From Eubacteriales bacterium (lineage in GTDB: Bacteria; Bacillota; Clostridia; Oscillospirales; CAG-272): DNA of 64,000 nt. The stretch's first letter is position 1, and each line of letters opens with the position of its first letter. The notes under the pieces are model-generated. The model was not told the DNA's origin, did not search any database, and saw only the letters and a list, made by a program, of their open reading frames with translations. Below, one piece after another: positions 55,301 through 61,450 of this stretch. Both the position numbers and the translations under genes were made by a program. The stretch lies in contig JAZSFA010000004.1 of NCBI GenBank assembly GCA_045531965.1, positions 22,617 through 86,616 on the forward strand. Direction: 5' to 3'.

Positions 55301-56754
55301 TTTGCGGTATTGTGCTGAACGAAAAGCTGGGACATGAGTACATGCCTTTGGTCACACAGCCGACCTGTACCGAGGAGGGCTATGTAACCCACATCTGCTT
55401 CCGTTGTGACGATCGCTATGTGGACAGCTTTACCCCCGCATGGGGTCATACCCCCGGCGTGGAGGCTGACTGCTACAACCATCAGTTCTGCCTTGTCTGC
55501 GGCGTGGTGCTGACCGAAAGCTTGGGTCATGATTATTGGATGGTCGTGACCGAACCCACCTGTACCGAGCCGGGCTATACCACCCATACCTGTGTTCGTT
55601 GCGGTGACAGCTATACCGACGGCTATACCGACCCACAGGGTCATACCCCGAGTGCCGAGGCGGATTGCTACAACCATCAGTTCTGCCTTGCCTGCGGCGT
55701 CGTGCTGACCGATAGCTTGGGTCACGATTACGCCATGACGGTGACCGAACCCACCTGTACCGAGCAAGGGTATACCACCCATACCTGTGTTCGCTGCGGT
55801 GACAGCTATACCGACGGCTATACCGACCCACAGGGTCATATCCCGAGTGCCGAGGCGGATTGCTACAACCATCAGTTCTGCCTTGTCTGCGGCGTCGTGC
55901 TGACCGAAAGCTTGGGTCATGATTACGCCATGACGGTGACCGAACCCACCTGTACCGAGCAAGGCTATACCACCCATACCTGTGTTCGTTGCGGTGATAG
56001 CTACACCGACGGCTTCACCGAAGCGCGTGGACACAACCCGAGTGCCGAGGCGGATTGCGACAACCATCAGTTCTGCCTTGCCTGCGGCGTGGTGCTGACC
56101 GAAAGCTTGGGTCATGATTACGCCATGACGGTGACCGAACCCACCTGTACCGAGCAAGGGTATACCACCCATACCTGTGTTCGTTGCGGTGATAGCTACA
56201 CCGACGGCTATACCGACCCACAGGGTCATATCCCGAGTGCCGAGGCGGATTGCGACAACCATCAGTTCTGCCTTGCCTGCGGCGTCGTGCTGACCGAAAG
56301 CTTGGGTCATGATTACGCCATGACGGTGACCGAACCCACCTGTACCGAGCAAGGGTATACCACCCATACCTGTGTTCGCTGCGGTGACAGCTATACTGAC
56401 GGTGACATGGAGGCTCTGGGTCACGCCCCCGGTGAGTGGATCACAGATCAAGCGCCTGCCCCGGGTGTGGAGGGTAGCCGGCACATTGAATGTACGGTCT
56501 GCGGAGAAATCCTGGAGATTGGCATGATCGAGGCGTTGCCCACAGATACCGCGCTTGAAACCGAGGCGGAAACCTCCCCCGAGACGCCGGCGCCTGCGGA
56601 CAGCGACGTGACGACGGTGCCTGATTCACAGCCCCACGATCCCCATACGGCAGAGGGTTGCAAGAGCATGATTGGCGCGAATGCGTTGGGATGCTTCATC
56701 GTTGTCTCCCTCGCCGTCGGGCTGGTTGTGAAGCGCAGGAAAGAGAACGACTAA
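43390..56754 (+). CDS. giant (~4,450 aa) membrane-anchored surface protein: S8 subtilase + BspA-type LRR array + Cys/His-rich repeat array
   Basis: One uninterrupted 13.4-kb ORF. N-terminal anchor FWTVLISALVLCLVASTVTVFVL. Subtilase triad VAVIDTGID / HGTAVAG / GTSFASPIAAG. Two Listeria-Bacteroides-type repeat segments. Dozens of IPxSVTxIGxxAFxxCxxL LRRs. 65-aa Cys-rich units. Acidic Thr/Pro linker. C-terminal TM plus KRRKEND. Confidence 0.9.
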   Translation: MKNLRQRRFWTVLISALVLCLVASTVTVFVLHRREVRLEDRQNEALQALYDNKGRYDEQSIVLSNTTKARAEALAKLFGATLRITEDGSFAALTLPQGVTVIDIYENEDYRKYIEYMSPDYRAKISDLLAEDEADEAIHDEKLPLRPQYTVSDADYDRQTYLDFLNMRHVWERTQGSGVTVAVIDTGIDTDHPEFAGRISELSYNASEDKVVKDYLTADGVYDWSLIEDEQGHGTAVAGVIAASMDGSGIVGIAPQVNILVIKAECDENGVFERTSDLVFGLYYAIERDVAVVNMSFGLELDNPFAEPAQLAFDSDVICVAAAGNSASAVLTYPAADENVFGIGALEENGWTLAAYSNYGENVDIVAPGTVYTTQMGGDYGGKNGTSFASPIAAGVLALYLSQYRYQEFVQIEALLHASCDDLGDPGPDFTYGYGALDVSALMLEERGTVTFNMMTDELDDTEQIFIRAHTLQDIPEPERLYAVFDGWYYDPQCTEAYVWYEDEFYGDLTLYASWVNEDDGIPFTYAELDDGTVEIRSYTGHRRYITIPDYIDGKVVSSIGEAAFAGETRLREVNLPKYLSRIRRSAFSGCTNLVSMAIPDTVTEIGDNAFYDNVRLANLTFGENSRLERIGNFAFSGCAKLRTFTVPSKVTTLNATAFYRNTSMTAYRVQSGNKAFSAKNGVLFNHTGLVLVAYPAGLSGTYTVPETVQKIDLYAFSCTRLNGVNLSSVQTLGKSAFMQSALKQVDIPDSVTLMGDSVFAYSQSLRSVKIGRGLTSLPDRAFAYTALTAVDIPAGILSVGRYAFERIGTLHTVTFEKGSALTYIDSYAFYDSGVVSLTIPASVVTIANNAFAAKDCPYLSHLSFEDNSALYRLGSAAFAGQSRLTAVELPDRLTTLGDWTFTETGLVTVTIPSNVTSLGSGVFADCPHLTGILVDDKNPVYLDVDGIVFNTAKTVLLAYPTGHSRPDYAVPEGVTDIGKAAFNGARNLYAVYLASTVKVIREEGFYGCENVGYYGLPEGLTTIEAYAFSMNEHLNELQMPDSLMQIGVNAFAGDRRLYAVNFSDNAKLPRISYNAFAYCGLISFRVPAGVSTIAQGAFKGCSDLTSVTFASGSKLQSIPAYMFDGCDKIDTVIFEPGSALSAIQAHGFEGMRKLTTLDFGDAKLTNIDNFAFRFCERLSRLDIPDSVTFIGRYAFYYCEKLSEVTIPAAVEFIGRFAFLGTSKLNVYFAAETLPSYLAEDWDHGIAGYYLGVTDIVTDGDWTYARLTSGDISIIKYSGTATHIDLTALHLGGDIVNVGGGAFAGSGVTSVKLPETLQIIQAEAFSNTKLTAVSIPAGVTFIGREAFANTPIERLTFALHAQLKTMEQSAFERTEKLESVVIPETVTAMGRAVFKNSGITSLTFADGFAMTEIPEEAFAYTHISDVTIPDSVTVIGHSAFREIRELRSLTLGGGEDLMIMSNAFYQTGLEQVYLPENVSFVGEYAFIALPNLSAFTVSEHNPNYKAIDGLLVSKNGRKLIAVPSGRTGSLTVPEGVEVIGFGAFESSKLSEISFLDSANILSFGYRAFYNADGISSMHVPASVVSIDYYAFAMCDSLKSVTFAESNSLKGVYEGAFYSCPSLSDITLPDSIVEISDFAFYGCRSLTDLPISEAGEIKGIYDYAFAYAGLKGNYTIPDTLIDIGPYAFMGNQFTSVTVPDTRVWDLIIGIGAFENCSSLSEITLPFIGASFEDAEITWFGYIFGAGAPEANGVYVPESLKRVKISEGITFVGEHAFDGLAGLEEISVPHSVQTVHDYAFHNTRATYELTNTVTFTYVHAKGIRYEIHASHIGRGISGNLVMADGITKIDNNAFANCQQLTGIMLPDSVKSIGSGAFLGCSGLTSLKLPESVMLIDYAAFMDCGNLESIHIPDRITTIHSDTFNGCRQLTSVVFGENSQLTSINASAFAHCDALEVISLPKGVTFIGRQAFFDCTGLLSITIPDAVTTMEYGVFDSCDHLASVTFGENSRLTSLPDSTFYACGKLSTVTLPGSLVSIGNQAFRSCESLTDIVMPDTVTSLGDEAFYACRSLNRVVLSEGLVSLSPLAFCQCESLTSITLPDSIVTINRSAFDGCSRLSTVVFGENSQLLDIEAYAFGGCHQLKTVTIPDTVTSIGEFAFYECNNLLRITFGADSQLERIGRSAFEWCQSLSSFDIPKNVTSIDDYAFWQCQGLYAITNHSALTLTLGGNQNGGIAYYAKLITDRDGNKTYDDETSGFAFVDTPDGFRFVLENGEYRLVAYMGDLDTVTLPSDIQGNPYSIYRLKGVKKVIIPEAITAIGAQAFYGSLSLTGVTLPNTVSAIGEEAFAGCLNLTAIHIPASVTEIGNNAFVNCQSMESVTFDETSRLTSIGYLAFQSCNGLTAIEIPASVTSIGNRAFEYCQNLTSVSLADNSQLTSIGDSMFYQCTSLASVDFGENSQISEIGGSVFSGCSKLTGLVLPDSVTRIESRAFEGCESLTSLRIPDGLTYMATGALKGCVGIQLLISDHHASFSVIDGVLYDKDVRNLIYVPDSITELCIPNTVIDVSLNGNTSVQKVTFEEGSRMMSLNNAAFKGCVSLMSVTLPESILWIGYDAFADCESLVSIRLPDGVTEIGGNAFKGCVSLESIHIPNGVTSMGQEAFSGCKRLTDICLPEGLISIGDDGFLGCESLESIYIPDGVTSLGWRAFSGCLSLATVTFGDNSQLTSIPSYAFSECERLLTIRIPDGVTQIGSSAFQNCHSLTEVVFGSDSQLINIGSTAFSWCENLKKLDLGNNRRLESIEWWAFLGCDSLEEIYISDVTAWLHTTLAEHHPLSVGADLYLNGELLTELVVPDGITDVTLSGCTSLISITLPESVTRVDFSNCTNLTRVTFRDNSRLTTLPAEAFRNCEKLSTVTFGNNSRLTSIEASAFSHCVGLKLIDFGQNSCLESIGYNAFEYCANLTDITLPDSLKAIGPGAFFGCNGLTSFTLPENLTSIEDAAFTNCTHLYVIYNNSSLVLQMGSEAHGGITAQARLIVDRDGNRTYRDDFTGFTFIDTADGFRFMQEQGEYKLIAYLGDLETVTFPTDLNGSPYQIYQIRGVKHVIIPEGVTSIDAYAFYHCTTLESIILPDSLIDIGAYAFENCHQLTRITLPSRVTTIGRAAFSKCAQLTEITLPESVEVIKAYAFEDCTRLSGIKLPAHIQKIESHAFDQTAYKDDPAHWVGGVLYIGNHLIRVKEDTRYVDFKNVGCVAEGAFDQCYLLKNALAHGEQYNLLSDMSNLETLLITDLPAERIYAYFGRSASDLPLTLKSIVLGRDVRMNQKAFEGITGITIYVEANEKDVRWDENFPGWSNGNKVVYGDEWITADFYDQHGNLMSHEVFLTHQVIRQPYLRLDGDLETSRVLVGWDLDGDGSPDTIPATSTVDIVAKPVVKTQVSAYTVRFYDTDGVTLLSEMRLPYGAVIVPPTIQDKPGYTTMGWTNYTQGMTVSGHHAFVLNRVHQGGGHDYASSVWVAPTCTEGGYLKHVCQLCGAWYATEETAALGHRNTLSEIPATCTEEGKRLATCTVCGYVSAEIIPAHGHTYVGSVTKEATCTEQGEMLYVCAICGDRVTETTSLSAHHYEKRTAPKWWLQILIEKILNVFFGYEGDHIFYYECTDCRHIRTSDNTEDTSSGTAGIMSAGCAHQLSDWTVYISPTCEGEGVDARYCTVCGEPVSYRRGGDALGHDYSAHRVTAPTCTEEGYTTHICLGCGDSYTDSITDALGHTAGAEADCLHDQLCLVCGTVLSEKLGHTYDAVVTAPTCIEEGYTTYTCTRCGDSYTDSITDALGHTAGAEADCINDQLCLFCGTVLSEKLGHTYAAAVTDPTCTEPGYTTYTCVRCGDSYTDNFTDALGHTPGPEANCYQDQCCLVCGSVLVGKLGHDYQAFVTEPTCTEQGYTTYSCVRCGYGYTGDLTEVLGHTPGAEADCYHDQYCTVCGIVLNEKLGHEYMPLVTQPTCTEEGYVTHICFRCDDRYVDSFTPAWGHTPGVEADCYNHQFCLVCGVVLTESLGHDYWMVVTEPTCTEPGYTTHTCVRCGDSYTDGYTDPQGHTPSAEADCYNHQFCLACGVVLTDSLGHDYAMTVTEPTCTEQGYTTHTCVRCGDSYTDGYTDPQGHIPSAEADCYNHQFCLVCGVVLTESLGHDYAMTVTEPTCTEQGYTTHTCVRCGDSYTDGFTEARGHNPSAEADCDNHQFCLACGVVLTESLGHDYAMTVTEPTCTEQGYTTHTCVRCGDSYTDGYTDPQGHIPSAEADCDNHQFCLACGVVLTESLGHDYAMTVTEPTCTEQGYTTHTCVRCGDSYTDGDMEALGHAPGEWITDQAPAPGVEGSRHIECTVCGEILEIGMIEALPTDTALETEAETSPETPAPADSDVTTVPDSQPHDPHTAEGCKSMIGANALGCFIVVSLAVGLVVKRRKEND
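54541..56418 (+). repeat. in-frame 195-bp (65-aa) tandem array, about 9.6 copies
   Basis: The GG(T/A)CA(T/C)A phase marker recurs at 54664, 54859, 55054, 55249, 55444, 55639, 55834, 56029, 56224 and 56419 (exact 195-nt steps). The last five copies are nearly identical at DNA level. Confidence 0.9.
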
Positions 56755-56828
56755 AAAAGCCATCGCCTCGTACGACGGTACTTGGCGATGACTTCTCAAA
56801 AGAGGCAACCATCCTTCCGCGAAAAGGG

Positions 56829-56855
56829 AAGGGGTGAGCGAAACGCTCACCCCTT
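56829..56855. terminator. bidirectional intrinsic terminator
   Basis: 12-bp stem AAGGGGTGAGCG-AAA-CGCTCACCCCTT between the giant gene and the convergent AraC gene. Confidence 0.75.
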
Positions 56856-56896
56856 GGGTTTGCCCTTGTTTGCTGCGCGAAGGGCTGATGCTTGGA

Positions 56897-57721
56897 TTAC
56901 GGTTTGTCGGAAGAACGGACAGATGCCATGTATTCTCGGGGAGAAATGGTCATTCTGCGTTTGAATACCTTGGAGAAATACTGAGCATCGGGATAACCGC
57001 AACGGAACGCCACGTCGCTGACGCTGGTAAAGCCTTGCTTCAGCATGGTGCAGGCGTGTTGAATACGAACCGTATGGAGGTATTCCACGATGCCCACGCC
57101 AACGTGCCGTTTGAATACGGTAGACAGGTATTTTTTGTTGTATTTCAAGCTGCTGCCCAGCCGCTCCAAGGAAAAATCGGGATCTGAAAAATGCTCGTCC
57201 ACATACTTTTGAATCATGGAGGTCAGGTCGACCTGTCCTTCGCCTCGGGAGGAAAACTCGGGTAGCCGCCCCCCAAGGTAAGCAAAGGTATGGAGCAGGA
57301 CTGCTTCGCTGGCAATATCCGAAATTTCCGCGGGGCTCTGCAAGCCTTGCGTCCAGACTGTTTCAAGCGCCTTGCAATCCGGATACAGCGGGGCTTTGGG
57401 ACAGACCCCCAGCTTGTCCATGATCCGATTTCCACGCGCACCTAAAAAGCTGATATACATATACTGAAAATCGGTGATCGATTCAATGGCAAAAGGCTCG
57501 GCGGGGAAGGAGAAAAACACGTCGCCCGCCTTGAGCGGCAGAACGTCACCGCGGGTGTGAAGCGCGCCTGTCCCTTGAAGGACGAAATACACGGTATAGA
57601 GAGATTTCAACCGCAGACCTGTATAGACCTGCTCTTTGGTTTCCAAAACAAAATGAACGGTGTGAATGCTGTGATCGTTGATCTCCCGCGGGACGAAGCG
57701 GCAAACGTTTTGCTCTGACAT
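56897..57721 (-). CDS. AraC-family transcriptional regulator (cupin N-terminus)
   Basis: C-terminal double HTH ..YLSTVFKRHVGVGIVEYLHTVRIQHACTML..VAFRCGYPDAQYFSKVFKR; ATG 57721 lies behind AGGAGG. Confidence 0.85.
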   Translation of the reverse strand: MSEQNVCRFVPREINDHSIHTVHFVLETKEQVYTGLRLKSLYTVYFVLQGTGALHTRGDVLPLKAGDVFFSFPAEPFAIESITDFQYMYISFLGARGNRIMDKLGVCPKAPLYPDCKALETVWTQGLQSPAEISDIASEAVLLHTFAYLGGRLPEFSSRGEGQVDLTSMIQKYVDEHFSDPDFSLERLGSSLKYNKKYLSTVFKRHVGVGIVEYLHTVRIQHACTMLKQGFTSVSDVAFRCGYPDAQYFSKVFKRRMTISPREYMASVRSSDKP

Positions 57722-57927
57722 GATCTGCCTCCTTGAATGGGATGGTGTCAGTATAACATATCTTTGGAAAAAAGTCAACCGAAATATAACTAAAAAACAC
57801 GAATTTGTGTAAATTAACTCCAAACAAAGAGAGAGGATTGTGGTATAATCGTACGAGGAAAGGAATCCTTGGTTCCATGAATCTTTCCGCCTCTTGTTTT
57901 ATCACATGATGAAAGGAAGCCTATTTC

Positions 57928-59223
57928 ATGAAAAAAGTACGCATTGGTGTATTGGGTGCCTACCGAGGTACCAGCATGATCAACTACTGCAAGCGCGCCG
58001 ACCATGCCGAGGTGGTGGCGATCTGCGACAAAAATCCCGAGGCATTGGACGCTCAGCGTGCCGCCGCCGAAGGGCTGAACATCGCGTTTTACGATCATTT
58101 CGACAAATTTATTGAGCATGATATGGATGCCGTGGTGTTGGCAAATTACGCCAACGAGCACGCACCCTTTGCCATCCGATGTCTGAAGCGGGGACTGCAC
58201 GTTTTCTCCGAGGTGCTTCCTGTGCAGAATATGAAGGAGGCAGTCGCGCTGGTTGAAGCGGTGGAGGAGAGCGGTCTTGTTTATGCCTACGGCGAAAACT
58301 ACTGCTACATGCCCGCGCCTTATGAAATGAAGAAGCTCTATGAGCGCGGTGAGATCGGGGAATTTGAGTATGGCGAGGGCGAGTACATTCACAACTGTGA
58401 GTCTATCTGGCCCTCTATAACCTATGGTGAACCCGACCACTGGCGAAATAATATGCACGCCAACTTCTACTGTACCCACTCCCTGGGTCCTATTATCCAC
58501 GCTACCGGACTGCGTCCTTTGTCCGTCGTGGGCTTTGAGGGAACCAAGAACGCACGCCGTCTCCGTACAGGCTGCAAGGGCGGTCAGTTCGGTATTGAAA
58601 TGGTGACTCTGGAGAATGGCGGTATTGTCAAGTCCATCCACGGCGATCTCTACAAAAATTCCATTTGGTATACCATGTACGGCTCCAAGGGACGCATGGA
58701 GTGCAGCCGAGAGGATGCTATGGACGGTCATATCGGCAAGCTCTACGTCAACAAGGACGAGTACGACGGCGGTTACGAGACAGGTGATCTCCTCGCCTAT
58801 TTCCCCGAGCACGCGCCTGCGGATGAGATAGAGGGCTTCGGTCATGGCGGTTCCGATTTCTTTTCCATGTACTATTTTATCAAGAAGATCCTTGGCGACG
58901 AGACCGCCGATACCATCGACGTTTACGAGGCACTGGATATGTTCCTGCCCGGTCTCTTTGCCTACCGATCTGTACTGGCGGGAGGCATTCCCATGGCAGT
59001 GCCCAACCTCCGCAAAAAGGAGGAACGGGAAAAGTGGAGAAACGATACGGCTTGCACCGACCCCAAAGCCGCGGGGGATATGCTCCTGCCTAACTTCTCT
59101 TTGGGAACGCCCGATATCCCGCAGGCGGTCTATGATCGTCAGGCACAGCTGTGGGCAGAAGAATGCGCCCAAACCGAGGGAACCTACCGCCAGGCGGCGC
59201 TGACACAGGGCAGCAAACAGTAA
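57928..59223 (+). CDS. Gfo/Idh/MocA-family oxidoreductase
   Basis: VRIGVLGAYRGTSM Rossmann start, family-like length and layout; the opposite 472-aa minus ORF is a shadow. Confidence 0.7.
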   Translation: MKKVRIGVLGAYRGTSMINYCKRADHAEVVAICDKNPEALDAQRAAAEGLNIAFYDHFDKFIEHDMDAVVLANYANEHAPFAIRCLKRGLHVFSEVLPVQNMKEAVALVEAVEESGLVYAYGENYCYMPAPYEMKKLYERGEIGEFEYGEGEYIHNCESIWPSITYGEPDHWRNNMHANFYCTHSLGPIIHATGLRPLSVVGFEGTKNARRLRTGCKGGQFGIEMVTLENGGIVKSIHGDLYKNSIWYTMYGSKGRMECSREDAMDGHIGKLYVNKDEYDGGYETGDLLAYFPEHAPADEIEGFGHGGSDFFSMYYFIKKILGDETADTIDVYEALDMFLPGLFAYRSVLAGGIPMAVPNLRKKEEREKWRNDTACTDPKAAGDMLLPNFSLGTPDIPQAVYDRQAQLWAEECAQTEGTYRQAALTQGSKQ

Positions 59224-59290
59224 AATGCCCATGGGGAGATCGCGCCATTTTTAGTGGAGAGGGATTTCACAGACCATCAACATACGAAAA

Positions 59291-59322
59291 GACCCGACAG
59301 CCTTTACGGTTGTCGGGTCTTT
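59291..59322. terminator. intrinsic terminator between convergent genes
   Basis: GACCCGACA..TGTCGGGTC 9-bp stem, A-tract before and TTT after. Confidence 0.6.
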
Positions 59323-59334
59323 GGTATTGGGGCG

Positions 59335-61236
59335 TTATTTTTTGAGGCTGTAGAGCAGGATCTTGCTCTCGTACTGATTCGGAATGGTCACGGAAAGCCC
59401 TTCCTCGGCAAGAACCTTACCGCTAATCTCCGCGGTCTCCTTGGTGTCGATATCGGTCACTGTATAGACCGCTTCGGTGTCCAGTCCCTCCAGTTGATAG
59501 CAGGAAGTTACGCAATTCGATCCCCTGCGGCGGAAGACCATGACCATGCCGTCCCCCTCCTCGGGTCTATCGTAGCGGTAAGCCGCCCAGCCGCCGTGGG
59601 CGTAGCTCCAGCCACCGTTCTCCAAGGGGTAGAAATCACAGGAGAAGAAGTGGCGCAGGGAGCGATATTCGTCGCACATTCTCTTCATCCACGCGAAGAC
59701 CTCTTCGGTAGGCTCGGGACGGTCAGGACGGTCGGTCCACCACCAGCTACCCACATAGGCAGGGGCGTAAGAGCTTCGGGTGGCGTAGGTGTCGCCGGGT
59801 TGCTTGCAGACACCGCCTGAGCAGGGCACCAGACGATTATAGCCGAACATTTGGGTCTGAATGGCGTCGGCATCAAGATTGGCCTCGCAGAAAGCATCGG
59901 TGCGCCAGATGGGAATGGCTCTTCGCAGGGACTCGGCGTCGATGCGGCGGCCGCCCGAGGCGCAGTTGTCGATCACCAGGTCGGGGTACTTGGCTCTGAG
60001 ATCGTCCCACAGGCGGTAGAGGTTCATGATGTACTTGATCTCGTTCATGCCGCCGCGATCCATCTCGTCGGTGATGCGCCAGGATTGGAGAGGCTCCATG
60101 TTGAAGTCCTGGCGGAAGCACTTGATGTCCAGCTCATCGATGAATCGGCAGATCAGGTTGAAGAGATACTCCCGCACCTCGTCCTTTTCCAGACGAAGGA
60201 GGAGATAGAAGCCGTCAAGAGGATAGAGCCAGTCGGGATGTTCCACCGCCAGATCCGTCCCGGGGTAGGCACGCTCGGGCTCCATCCACAAAAGGAACTT
60301 CATGCCCATGTCATGCACCGTCCCCACCACGTCCTTCAGCCCGTCGGGATGCTCGTCGGGACGAACCTGCCAGTTGCCCACCTCCTTGTACCAGTCACCC
60401 GCTCCGGGAGTTTTGCCCTTGCCGTACCAGCCCGCGTCGATCCAGTAGTAGTCAGCCTTGACGCCGTGCTCACGGTACTTGTTCAGATGGTACAGATTCC
60501 GCTCTGTCGTCATGCCCATGCCCTCCAGAGCGAAGGGGAACTGATCGGGCGTGAAGGGGCACAGCTCGTTCTTGATGAGCCGGCGAAGCTGATTGCTGCC
60601 CTGTACCCGCGAGCCCTCAAATTCCATGAGCAGAATAGAGGAGGTGCGGATGCGCTCGCCCGGATGGAGCTTGAAGGCGGTGTATTCCAGACCGCTCTTG
60701 ATTTCCAATGTATCTCCTTGGGTGTGGGCAAACTTGGCGTGCCATTGACCCGACCAGCCGATGACGGCCATGAGCCCCCGCCCGGGCGTGTAGAACTCAA
60801 AGAAGGGCATCTGACCGCTGGAAGAGCGTCCGCCCAACGGATGGAAGGTGCGGGAGGCCCCCAGCCCCAGCTTGGTCTCGTGGACTTTACATTCCTCGGC
60901 GATGCGGTCGGAGTACAGGTATGCCTCGTAGCCGGCGCAGCCATCAGTGTTGAAAAGAGACAGGGAAGGGGTCTTGCCCGAACCATCGGCAAAGCACCAG
61001 GTGGCGTCGCAGTCCAAAATATTGCTGATGAGCCGACTGTCATGCTCGCCTCGATTCTCAAACCACAGATTCCAGGAAACGGCGTTGTAGGCAGGGAACG
61101 CCTCGATATGCAGCTCGACGCGCAGACCGTCGGCGTATTCGTAGAGACGCCCGTATTCGGTAGGGGTTACGGTCACGTCACCCAAGTCAAAAGGCTTTTG
61201 ATCATATTGAAATGAAAAACGGGGAATGAGGTTCAT
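59335..61236 (-). CDS. GH36-like alpha-galactosidase-type glycoside hydrolase
   Basis: DYYWIDAGWY, IKCFRQDFNMEP (KxDxN-like) and VIDNCASGGRRID motifs resembling clan GH-D alpha-galactosidases. Confidence 0.6.
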   Translation of the reverse strand: MNLIPRFSFQYDQKPFDLGDVTVTPTEYGRLYEYADGLRVELHIEAFPAYNAVSWNLWFENRGEHDSRLISNILDCDATWCFADGSGKTPSLSLFNTDGCAGYEAYLYSDRIAEECKVHETKLGLGASRTFHPLGGRSSSGQMPFFEFYTPGRGLMAVIGWSGQWHAKFAHTQGDTLEIKSGLEYTAFKLHPGERIRTSSILLMEFEGSRVQGSNQLRRLIKNELCPFTPDQFPFALEGMGMTTERNLYHLNKYREHGVKADYYWIDAGWYGKGKTPGAGDWYKEVGNWQVRPDEHPDGLKDVVGTVHDMGMKFLLWMEPERAYPGTDLAVEHPDWLYPLDGFYLLLRLEKDEVREYLFNLICRFIDELDIKCFRQDFNMEPLQSWRITDEMDRGGMNEIKYIMNLYRLWDDLRAKYPDLVIDNCASGGRRIDAESLRRAIPIWRTDAFCEANLDADAIQTQMFGYNRLVPCSGGVCKQPGDTYATRSSYAPAYVGSWWWTDRPDRPEPTEEVFAWMKRMCDEYRSLRHFFSCDFYPLENGGWSYAHGGWAAYRYDRPEEGDGMVMVFRRRGSNCVTSCYQLEGLDTEAVYTVTDIDTKETAEISGKVLAEEGLSVTIPNQYESKILLYSLKK

Positions 61237-61450
61237 AAAAGGTTTCCTTTCCTGGTGAAATCTATTTTATGATACTCGAATCGAGTATTCGAAACAATTA
61301 TAAAGTTTTTAAGGTTTCTTGTCAATAGAATCAGACAAAAAGGCAGAAAAAACAGACTAAAAGACATGAGTAAGTTGTGCATCCTTGACAACGTGAGAAA
61401 GAATGTGTTATAATCGGTTGAACAAAACGACAAGAAAGGATGATGGTTTT

